A stretch of 48,707 bases of DNA, counting the filler, from Bipalium vagum (taxonomy: Eukaryota), in the NCBI GenBank assembly GCA_037834085.1. It is 2 parts of 2 records of this genome, joined end to end, with 100 filler letters (N's around TTAATTAATTAA, not from the genome) between each part and the next. Parts side by side here need not be neighbours in the genome. Positions count along the whole stretch, not along the records: positions 1 to 24,136 come from JBBMKC010202826.1; 1 more part is not named here. One strand, written 5' to 3'. The translations under genes and the position numbers were made by a program. Shown one piece after another: positions 1 through 9,840 of the stretch (its first letter is position 1; each line of letters starts with the position of its first letter). The notes under the pieces were generated by a model. It saw only the letters and a program-made list of their open reading frames with translations, was not told the origin of the DNA and made no database searches.

Positions 1-69
<69 letters not shown>
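1..69. repeat. (AAT)n microsatellite, about 23 units
   Basis: Perfect ATA/AAT trinucleotide run at the window start. Confidence 0.97.
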
Positions 70-74
<5 letters not shown>

Positions 75-552
75 TTACAAAGATGTTCATATAACAAAAT
101 CAACAAAACAAAAAAACAAGAACAAAAGCTTCAATGAGCACTGCACACTTCTATCAGAAATACTTTCTTGACTTTGTAAATTAAATTTAGAAATCAACGC
201 ACAATGCGGACTCAATTTATTGGCTCTCAACATTGACGTATACTTTTTCCGCTGTAAGATAAAAATAGTTGAGCTAAATAATCTTGTATATAGTTGTGAC
301 GACAGATATAATAAAAATAACAAAAACATTAATATAAATATAATAATGATAATTTTTGTCTTACTTTATTACATCGATTATCAGTAACCCAAAGAAAGAT
401 AAGATTCGTTTTATTTTTGGTGGGCGCCTGTTCAATTTTTTCCCAGATTAACTCAAATAATATATTGACATAATAATAATAATAATCAATACCAATCAAG
501 AATATCGATTTATTTTTTGTCAAATCATCTTTATTTCCATTTCATTTCAAAA

Positions 553-3500
553 ATGATGTCCAGTTTTGTTAAACCAACCCACCACAATGGTATTTCTCTC
601 AACTACGAATCCGTTCCGAAGAGACATTTGATCTATGAACATTTCTGGTACCTGAACGCGGGCATTCTGTCCAACTCCCTCTTCGAAAAGGCTGTTCTCT
701 ACATGGGAACGTGCAAGTTGAACACGGCCGACTTCACCTTCATTCTGTTCCTCGGCCTGAAATATCTGATCCACTACATCGAGCTGTTCACCTTCGACCA
801 CACGCCTCTGCTGTTCGAATGTATCACGAAGCATCTCAAATATCTTCAGGCCTTGATCGGGACTCATTCCAAATCAAAAAAGTATCTCAACTATCGCTTC
901 ATCAACAAGCTGCAGCATATATTTGAAAACTTGCGAAACGTGAACTTCAGGGACTTTGCCTGCCGCCAAATGTACATTGATCAGTTGGAGCGGCTCTGCA
1001 ACTTCTTTGCCACCCGCCTGAACATGTGGATCAAGAGCCCCAGACTACAAGCGTACCTGTTTCGATACGGTTTCGACCCGTACCGGTCGTGCGTGTTCTA
1101 CAACTCGTTCCTCATCCCCAACCAGAAGAAGTACGTGGACCCTTTGTGCCGAGTCGATCAGAAGTTCCTCGACAAGATCGAGATGAAATGCAACTGTAAG
1201 ATAATGCTGAGTATCGAGAATCTGGAGTGCTATCTGGTGCCGGAATACGTCATGCTCGAGGTTCTGTTCGACCTGTATCGTGGCAACTACATCGGATTCA
1301 TTGAGATGTTCGGGTACATTGTCAAACGACTAAACTCCACGCAGTACTTCGCCAAATCGCTGAGGACGGTCATAATCGAAGGCTCGATCCTGTACAACAT
1401 TCTCACCAACGTTCCCGTTAGGAAACTAAAGTACCTGGAAAGAACCATCGTCGCTGGGTCGCCCGTCACTCCGTTCCTCAGCTCCAATAGTATCAGCAAA
1501 CAGTTGTTCAGCATCATAGCCATGATTCGAGAGCAGGACCCCCAAGCAGCTCTGGTTCACGATTTATCGGTCACTGATGAGAGCGACGAAGGGTCAAAAG
1601 AAAACGACCTCGACTATTTCAGCAGAAAGTACCACAGCCATTCGACAATGGAATTGGGACGGTTACAAGAAGAAATTAGTGACCTCAAATACTCCCAAGA
1701 AGTGCTGAAGTATTTCCAGGCCCATTTCAACAAGACTGTGAAGGAACAAAAACAGCAGAAGGAAAAGGAGAAGATCTTTCTCCGATGTGAAAAGATCATG
1801 CTTAATGATCACGTTGAACTGATGCCCAAGAAGACATTGAGTCCAGAGAAACAGGAGGAGGTGAAGGAAGATGTCGAGAGTATGAAGATGGAGGAAAGTG
1901 TGAATGAGAACAATTCCAGGCAATGTAGAAGAGGGGACATTAAAGACGTTGGTTGTCGTATTCCATCGTCGAAAAATAAATCTTTTACTGATAAAGACCG
2001 GTGTGTAAAGATCTTGATGAATGATCACCGAGAATTGATGACAGAAAACCCCTTGGACAGTGAGAGACAGGGAGTCGAAATCTGGGACGAGGTTGAGGAA
2101 AGTTTGAAGAATAGAAAGAGGGTGGAGGACAGAGAGAGACAGGAACAATCGAGAAGAAATGTAGAGAGGAGCATGACAGACAGCGATAATGAGAATATTT
2201 CCAGCCAGTGCATAAGGAGGGACCTTAAAGAAAGGGACTGCAGTGTTTCAACGTCGAAAAATCGATCCGTTACTGATAAACACCATAACAAAAAGAAAAG
2301 AATGGTATTGGGTGGAAAGAAAAGGTCTAGTACTTCAGACGATACTACAAGAAGTAAAATAGGTGACCTGACCTCCGTTGCTGGAACTAATGAGAGCAAT
2401 TTGGGAAGACTGTGCCAAGAGAACGTAAAAGAGGCGTCGTGTGTAACAATGGACCAAAACCCAGCACCCGTAGTCGACTTCGAAACCCTCAGCCCCAAGG
2501 AACAGTTCAAGCTTTTGCTGCAGGAATCGTTTGAAGATTATCAGTCCGACCATAATTGGGTGGCTCACAAGATGCGCTTAATGTTACGATGCGACACTGA
2601 CGAAACAGTCGACGATGTCAAACATCCGTTTCTCTACGAAAAACGCAGTATCCGGGACCGAATTCGGAACCGGAACTTCATGCAGAAAGTTCTACCGAAA
2701 CCGGAACCGTTGGGCCAAACACTTTCCACTATGTCCGCGGGCAATTCCAAGTCGTGGATTTCGCTCGCCGCCAGCAAAATTCTGTCGGGAGAGATCCATT
2801 CGCTGGAGATCGAAGACGATTATTCCACGTCAAACTCGGATCTTTCCAATTCCGACATTCTCAATGGCAAGGATTTGAAGATGCGCTTCCCGGAGATATT
2901 CGTCTTTCTGGAAAAGTATGGCAAAGGAATTCTCGATTCGTTCTTGAAAAAGAAGCTGTACAAAAAACAGGACTGGGTCCATTTCCTGAGTAAGCAGCTC
3001 AATTTCAGCATCTCCAAAGACGTTATGATGGCCAAAGTATGCGATTTCGATTATATCTTCGGAAAAGTTTGCGAGAAACAGGCTACACGAATTGAGAAGG
3101 TCAAAGATCCGTTGGGCAAGAAGATATTCGCTTTGTTGTTGTTGTTGACGAAAGAAACGATCTCCGATAAGGACTTCCGGGAACTTCAAAACGGTAAGGG
3201 TATCGATCTGGCTATTATCGACAAAATCAATCAGTGCCAGCCTTCGGTTCCGTCATACATTGGCAATTTAGACGAGTACAAGTCGAAGGACCTATTGCCG
3301 AACATGTCACGCTGTCTGTGCCAGATGATGTACGACCTGATCCAAATCTCTCACGAAAGTTCCCGAGACAACTTTTACATTCTCCAGTATCACATTGCTG
3401 TCCTGAACGATATCATATCGAAAGTCGATGACCCAAACATCAAGGCCGCCTTCACTATGCTCAACATTCGCCAGGACCTGATGGCACTCAACTTCAAAAC

Positions 3501-4041
3501 GTACAACCGCAACGGTGGAACGGCATCGCAAATGATCTACATGGCCGAAGAATTGTCGTTTCTGCACGACATTGTTTTCAAACAGCCTTGTTGCGCCTAC
3601 AAGATCAGTCACCATTTGGGACTGCACATTCTCTATCACTCGGCCCAGATCGATGACAACATTCGAGCCGTCGAACCGTTTCTCAAGCTCCCCGGTGATC
3701 GACGGATCAAGAAAATCGAGAAGATCTGCAACTGTATCATTGCACTCAAAACGAAAAAGCACCCGACCATCAACATGAACGAATACATCGTGGAAATCTT
3801 TTACGATTTCGATACGGGCAACCATTTCGGAGCGATCGAACTGTTAAAGCAGATCATGTCGTGCACGAAGAAATTGATCCAGAACCACCGGACTTTGGTG
3901 GCCTATCCGTCCGGTGAGCTGTGGGTGTTCCGCGACACGGAGTGGCTGAAGAAGTGCTTCAATGTCAACGAGAACGACAGCAAGGGAATGGGAATTTTCC
4001 GGAACAACGGTGAACCCAGCGAAATCATTATGGCAGATTAG
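553..4041 (+). CDS. Large intronless protein of unknown function (1162 aa from ATG 553): two apparently helical regions joined by a charged low-complexity linker
   Basis: 3.5-kb uninterrupted ORF in very AT-rich surroundings. Strong C/G-ending codon bias (ttc, aac, atc, gac). First ATG at 553. ATTAAA/AATAAA lie downstream (about 4084 and 4127). No family motif recognised. Confidence 0.85.
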   Translation: MMSSFVKPTHHNGISLNYESVPKRHLIYEHFWYLNAGILSNSLFEKAVLYMGTCKLNTADFTFILFLGLKYLIHYIELFTFDHTPLLFECITKHLKYLQALIGTHSKSKKYLNYRFINKLQHIFENLRNVNFRDFACRQMYIDQLERLCNFFATRLNMWIKSPRLQAYLFRYGFDPYRSCVFYNSFLIPNQKKYVDPLCRVDQKFLDKIEMKCNCKIMLSIENLECYLVPEYVMLEVLFDLYRGNYIGFIEMFGYIVKRLNSTQYFAKSLRTVIIEGSILYNILTNVPVRKLKYLERTIVAGSPVTPFLSSNSISKQLFSIIAMIREQDPQAALVHDLSVTDESDEGSKENDLDYFSRKYHSHSTMELGRLQEEISDLKYSQEVLKYFQAHFNKTVKEQKQQKEKEKIFLRCEKIMLNDHVELMPKKTLSPEKQEEVKEDVESMKMEESVNENNSRQCRRGDIKDVGCRIPSSKNKSFTDKDRCVKILMNDHRELMTENPLDSERQGVEIWDEVEESLKNRKRVEDRERQEQSRRNVERSMTDSDNENISSQCIRRDLKERDCSVSTSKNRSVTDKHHNKKKRMVLGGKKRSSTSDDTTRSKIGDLTSVAGTNESNLGRLCQENVKEASCVTMDQNPAPVVDFETLSPKEQFKLLLQESFEDYQSDHNWVAHKMRLMLRCDTDETVDDVKHPFLYEKRSIRDRIRNRNFMQKVLPKPEPLGQTLSTMSAGNSKSWISLAASKILSGEIHSLEIEDDYSTSNSDLSNSDILNGKDLKMRFPEIFVFLEKYGKGILDSFLKKKLYKKQDWVHFLSKQLNFSISKDVMMAKVCDFDYIFGKVCEKQATRIEKVKDPLGKKIFALLLLLTKETISDKDFRELQNGKGIDLAIIDKINQCQPSVPSYIGNLDEYKSKDLLPNMSRCLCQMMYDLIQISHESSRDNFYILQYHIAVLNDIISKVDDPNIKAAFTMLNIRQDLMALNFKTYNRNGGTASQMIYMAEELSFLHDIVFKQPCCAYKISHHLGLHILYHSAQIDDNIRAVEPFLKLPGDRRIKKIEKICNCIIALKTKKHPTINMNEYIVEIFYDFDTGNHFGAIELLKQIMSCTKKLIQNHRTLVAYPSGELWVFRDTEWLKKCFNVNENDSKGMGIFRNNGEPSEIIMAD

Positions 4042-4720
4042 TCGGTATTGATTTTCCTCGGGGAACGAAAAATCGATTCTCACATTAAATTTGAAAAATA
4101 ACCATTATTATTAAAATGATAAGTTAAATAAATTATCTTTTCTCTTCGATTCTCACTCTCCGTCTGTAGTCGGGTCTCAAAGTTCTTTTTGTTTTATTTT
4201 CTTTTGCCTTTTTTTTGTCCATAAAGAAGATTTCTATTTTGATACTTTTACTGTTGATTCTGTGCCGGGCGATTTCGAATCAATAAATTTAATTTATCTG
4301 ACCAATTTTAGCGTTTGCTTCTTTTTTCGATATGCCTTTTAATTGTTTAGAAATGCTAAGATTGTTGGAATCCACAGTAACATCAGTTGTCACCTCAAGA
4401 GAAACTGTAAGGAAACCCCTATAAAACCAAACAGAACTGCATCCGAGAAATGTAGAGGAGTCGAAGCTAAGTTCAAGGGAACGGATGGGGACATTTTATG
4501 AGTCTCTACAGCACAGGATCTACCGGGCTACCATTAGTAATTTTAGTTTGAATATTGAAAACTATTTGATAATTTGATTATATAATCTATACGTATTTGC
4601 ATGAAAAAGTCTCGTTAGGCTTACTTTATGTTGCATAGGTCGACTCGATTTGCGTAATCTTCAAATTGTGATGAAATATTTTCTATACCAAAATATTCAA
4701 TTGGCTGAACTTTTTATTAT

Positions 4721-4970
4721 TATCTGGTAGGAAAGTCTTTTAAAAATGATGATGACTTAAAATCCGGGTGTCAACAGTTCTTTGATTCAAAAAACCAAAA
4801 GTGGTATACAGCAGGTATAAAATTACTTGCCGAACGTTGGATAAAGTGTGTTGAGCATAATGGAACATATTTTCCTGAATAAATTTTGCGTTTTCTGCTT
4901 TATAATTGACTGTTTTAATTGATTTTTTTATAAGATTAAAATGGTAGATTACTGATGGAGCAGGTTAATA
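4721..4970 (+). mobile_element. mariner transposase 3' remnant with probable terminal repeat
   Basis: 4721-4882 reads YLVGKSFKNDDDLKSGCQQFFDSKNQKWYTAGIKLLAERWIKCVEHNGTYFPE*, a typical mariner C-terminus. It is followed by a TIR-like end (...caggttaata). Confidence 0.85.
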
Positions 4971-5534
4971 TTTTCACTCGATTCGCGTAAAATTATGTCA
5001 TAGTTTAATTTGTTGAATAATTTAAAGTACAGTCGACCCCCTCAAACTTTAATTGAGACAGGAAAAAGATGCAGTACATGTATAATTATTTTATCGAGCA
5101 CACAAACTCAGGCAGATTTCATAAGGTTGTGTATTATTTAAATTTGAATTCATGGTCAGAGCTATCACGACCACATATTATCACTATCTTTCCAGATTCA
5201 AAAATATTAATGATAATGAAATAAAATTTACATGATTAGTTAAAGAACCATCATGTTATCGATATCTTAAAGAAATAATTGAAAAATCTTTGAAGGTTAT
5301 CAAGATATTAGAGAATTGAAAATATGGACGTGAGTACAGGTTTTATAGTGAATGATGTCTTAATTTTATTTAATTTACAAAAAATAAAATGTTTAATTCT
5401 TATTATCTTTATTATATATAATAATAAATTTTTCCTGCTACAATACTCTTAAAATAAGAATATTTATTCTTAAATAAATTTAAATTAATGAAATAACTAA
5501 AAGTTTTATAATTGGATAAACTACTGAATGGTAC

Positions 5535-5735
5535 CTTTTTTTCTCGAGAGATTTTCTTTGAAAGATCTTTTTGATTAGGAGAAATCATTTCCACATCTTC
5601 ATTCTTTTTAAAAAGATCTTCTTGAAAATGTTGACATAAGTCTTGCAATGCTTTGTCATTTCCATAATTACAGCTTACATACTTAGAAATTTTGGCGAAT
5701 TCATCTTGCATAATTTTCCTTTTATCTTCCATTAT
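5535..5735 (-). CDS. Possible isolated coding exon (201 nt, phase 0-0); gene unassigned
   Basis: Open frame IMEDKRKIMQDEFAKISKYVSCNYGNDKALQDLCQHFQED...REKK bounded by a ttttAG acceptor and an AAG|GTACC donor. No partner exons identified. Confidence 0.35.
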
Positions 5736-5869
5736 CTAAAATATATATTAAATAATAAATAATGATATTATGATAGCGAAAAAATATTGAATAAGATCAC
5801 CAAAAACTAATGGAAAATAAAAAAGAAGAGTTTAAAAAAATCGTAAAAGTCCAATTTTCAAAAGGATTT

Positions 5870-6520
5870 AAAGCTTTCAAAAACATACTAGAAAAGCTGA
5901 TGTACATGAGAATTTAAAAGTGATATCACTGACATCGAAAACTAGAAATCGATGGATCTTCAAAAGCCATACACCAAAAGTGTTGCGAGCTAATGTCGTG
6001 TACCAGTTTACATGTCATGGATGTAATAATCTATAAATAGGAGAGACACAGCGTCATCTCAGAACACGCATTGGCGAGCATTCACAACCAAGCAGAACAA
6101 GCAAGGTGTTGGATCATTCAGTAAACTGTGGTGAAAGAAAGAGCAAAGTTAAAGAGAACGAATTCAGAATAATTATGGGAAACTTTAATAATAATGATGA
6201 ACGAAAGATCTAAGTCATTATCAATCAAAGAAAGGCAACTAAATATTAACATCCAAACGGAAGATAATAAGAACCAATGGATTGTTAATGTTTTCTGTGA
6301 TTAATTTTTTTTTAATTTTTATTTTTAAAAAATATATATTTTATCCAATAATAATCAAGAAAAATAATTTTTAATTTTTAAATACCGTTATTTAACGATT
6401 TAAAATGTAAATATCAAAAACATTGACTGTTGAAGAACTGAAAAATAAAAGTTTGAAACATGTTTCATAAAAATATATATTTGAATAAATTTTGTATTCA
6501 GTTAATAAAAGGCGAATAAT
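5870..6520 (+). mobile_element. Penelope-like retroelement 3' end: GIY-YIG endonuclease pseudogene plus 3' UTR/pLTR
   Basis: Translation FKSHTPKVLRANVVYQFTCHGCNNL*IGETQRHLRTRIGEHSQPSRTSKVLDH matches the VVY-x2-CxxC-YIGET-R-L-R-EH signature. The YIG tyrosine is mutated to TAA (6034-6036) and further stops follow. Confidence 0.88.
6423..6467 (+). ncRNA. Degenerate minimal hammerhead ribozyme in the Penelope 3' region
   Basis: ttga-CTGTTGA-A-GAACT(gaaaaataaa)AGTTT-GAAA-CATG-TT-tca. The core has an A6-to-U change. Paralogous to 28209-28244. Confidence 0.55.
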
Positions 6521-8399
6521 CGAAAAATAATTATATATTGTTCACAATATTAAGATTAATAATGATAATATTAAAATATCAACCTATGTATTAATAAATT
6601 TAAAATAGTATTTGTTAAAATTATATATATATAATTTAAAATTACGTTAATAAGCAAATATAAGAAATATAAATTTAAATATTTTTATCTATTGAAATAC
6701 TAATATTATCAAAATCTTTCACTAATAAAGATAAACTTTTATTACCAATTTTTATAAACTATTTTCATCGAAAAATCTAACATCCTGGTTTTTTGATAAA
6801 ATTCTGCAGTAAGCCAGACATTACTAACTTTTGATCTATTGCACAGATTTTAACAATCTATATATCATATTAAAGAAAATTTTATGTAGAATTATATTTT
6901 GACTCTTATTATATTTTAAAAGCTACTTTTTAAAACTCAGAACCTTCCTAATATCTTTTCTTTTATTAAATCTATTATTCAATACACAATTAGAGAAATA
7001 AAAATTTAATTTAATTAATAATAAATATTTAATTTGTCAATTTTCCTGAATCCTTTTTCAAATTAATTTTAATATTTAAAAATTCCGTTCTCTACTCCAA
7101 GGGTCACTTTTGTTTATCTAGTCTAAATAGATAATTATGTAACTAAGGAGTAATTTTAAATAATTTACGAAAATTAAGTAAATCTAGGATAAATAGGTAA
7201 AATTACGATAAAATCTATGTTTGATAAAATCTACGAAGTAAATCATTTTAAATTTTATTAATAAAATGCAGTAATTTTAAATTAACTATTTAAATCAATT
7301 AAATAACATTTTTAAATTTAATTTTAAAATACATAAATAATGAGATAATTTATGTATCAAATTTAATTTTAAAATTTAATTTTAAAATATAACAATTAAT
7401 ATATTTCTATCCATATATGAATTGAAGATAATTTTTTTCAATGAAAGCCAGTGTATCTAATTTTTGTTGGATCGAAATATTTTTAACAGCTCCATAAAAA
7501 TATGTGACATAAGCGATCTCAATTATAGTACAAAACGGTTGCAGTTCAAATTCAGATTATTCTGTTTGCCTTTCATTATTATTTTGCCCACGTGTAACTG
7601 GGTTAATTTGAAATCAATCTCCAGAAGACTTTGTTCATTTTAAACTATAACAATTGAATGAAGATAAGGAAATCTATTTAGTATTTTAAGAATTTTCCTA
7701 AACAAGCTGTCTTTTAAATTATAGTACGACCAAAGTAAACTGCTCATAGACATGGTTACCTCAAAAGTTATGCATAAAAACCTTTACTCTAAAATTCTTG
7801 CAGAACGGCATCAATAGGCAACACGGGATCCCATTTATAGATTATTCGCCGTTGACTGTTTTACGTTGTGAGTATATCGGAATTCCAATGAGATAGAATT
7901 AGGTAAAACTTCGACTTTGAAAACGTTTCAATTGGTTTTCCGCATTCTCACTTGTCTCAATTACTGAAATTGAAGTTCAATCCTAAGCAATTGATATCGC
8001 AATAAAAAATATTATTCCCGGCTTCCTTTAGAATCTCGTCGCTGATGTTCTGGTAATATTTAAGAACAAACCGATCTATTGTTGACAATTTTCACAGATC
8101 AACTGAAGCGGTAAAGGAAAGATCTCAGTTTCAGCTGAAAATCATGGGCAATTTAAAATTGGAAATTTCTTTTCATCAATAAGACGGAAATATCGATATC
8201 AAAATTTTGTCGGTAATTGTTGCATTTATTGCCTGTCTCATATAAGGACAGTTGAAATTTTTACATTTTTCAGTGGGAAACTTAGAACTAAAAATCAAAA
8301 GTGACTAAAATGTGACTACTTCATTGCTTCCAAGATGAGATCGCTTCCCTTTTGTTTCTTATTGTCAATTGATATATAGAGATTGATATTGTTTTCTAA

Positions 8400-8870
8400 T
8401 TCTGTAAGACTTAATCGAATATTAATAAACTTCATTGTATAATTTTTTGAGTTCTGCTTTTTTGAAGATATTTCATTTCGTCATTTAGTTTCTATTACAG
8501 CTGATTTATCTTCATTATCCGTTGAATAAATTTCTATTTCATTATCATTACAAAATTCTTCAAATGTTTTATAATAAAATTCAATACCTTTATCAACCCA
8601 AAGTTTTTCAGGTTTTCTTTGGTAGTCTAAATGTTTTATCTTAAGTATCAGTAATTGAATTTTCATTTTATTTTTAAAAGAACAACAAATGAATATATTG
8701 AAAAAAAATCTATTACGGTTGAAATAACCTTGACATCTCTTTCTCGTGGTACATGTGTAACTTTGTCTGAACGCATAAAAACTAAATCCAAATATCATTG
8801 TTGTTACCTTTACTTTTAAAAATGTTTAAGTTTCATGAATTCTTTATTAAAATATTTGCTAATATTTTAT
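8400..8870 (-). mobile_element. Polinton/Maverick-type rve integrase pseudogene
   Basis: Frameshifted pieces NNDIW / TVIDFFSIYSFVVLLKIK / RKPEKLWVDKGIEFYYKTFEEFCNDNEIEIYSTDNEDKSAVIE resemble the Polinton integrase D, D, E motifs (VIDxFSKY, LWxDKGxEFYN, YST..KAxxxER). Confidence 0.75.
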
Positions 8871-9011
8871 TTTTTTAAGGAGGTTGAATTTTAAGCCTTT
8901 AAATAGTTTTTGATTTGCAATATTTTTACTTTCTCTTTCTAATCTTAATCATAAAGCTACGTTACCTTTTATAATTCGCATTTCTTCGCACATTTTGCAC
9001 AACAACAATGA

Positions 9012-9601
9012 TTTTTTTATCAACCAGATTACGAAAAATGATGAAAAGTAGATACTGTAAGTGTTAAAACGGCGGTCAGTTCTATGGTTAGATCATAATA
9101 AAGCTCCAAAACATTTTGCAAACTTGAGGTTACATCAAAAGAAAATGATAGTGACTATTTGGTAGTCTGTGTCCGATCTAATTCACCATATCTTCTTGAA
9201 TCCGGACAAAACAATTGCTTTAAAGATGTACTGTCAGTAAATTGATGAAATGAACTTACAACTTCAAAAAAATCCTCCAGTATTATCCATAGAAAAAGGC
9301 CAATTCAGCTTCATGACAACTCTCGACTGCACGTCTCACAAGTGACCCTACAAAAATTGAACAAGTTTTGGTACGAAATCCTGCCGCATATATTATATTC
9401 ATCAGATCTGTTTTGAAGAGATTTCCCTTTCTTTAAACTTTTGAACCACTTCTTAAGAAATAGATGTTTCAGAAACCAAGAAGACGCAAAAAATGTCTTA
9501 AGTAATTTCATGGCTTTCAGAAAACCGAAATTTTTCATTAAATAAAAGTTGTTTCTCGTTGGACGAAATGTATTCAATCGGATCGTTCATATTTTGATTA
9601 A
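9012..9601 (+). mobile_element. mariner (cecropia/Hsmar1-like) transposase catalytic-domain pseudogene
   Basis: NDEK*IL..KRRSVLWLDHNKAPKHF..LHQKKMIVTIW*S..LIHHIFLNPDKTI...IDEMN...LHDNSRLHVSQVTLQKLNKFWYEILPHILYSSDL...RWTKCIQSDRSYFD*, colinear with the Hsmar1/SETMAR DDD domain. Contains stops and frameshifts. Confidence 0.92.
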
Positions 9602-9840
9602 TAAAGTTTTGTTTTACTAGAAATATTCACATTAAAAGTTTGAGGTCACAAACGGACAACCGAATACGTTAAAGATTTTTTAAATGAAAAAAATATCATT
9701 ATAAAAATAAATTATTGATTTATTGTCAAAGTTCCCTCGTCTCAAACTAATAAATCATTTTTTTGATAATTTTACGGTGAAATTATCAAATAAAAAAACC
9801 CATTGACAAAAAACTTTCCTTTTCCTTACAAAAAGGATTT

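Noticed and set aside
547-4083. Many antisense and alternate-frame ORFs overlapping the large ORF
   Set aside because: Shadow ORFs expected from its codon bias; no motifs of their own.
7440-8340. Higher-complexity stretch, perhaps a hAT relic or more of the Polinton
   Set aside because: No convincing motif in the frames examined.
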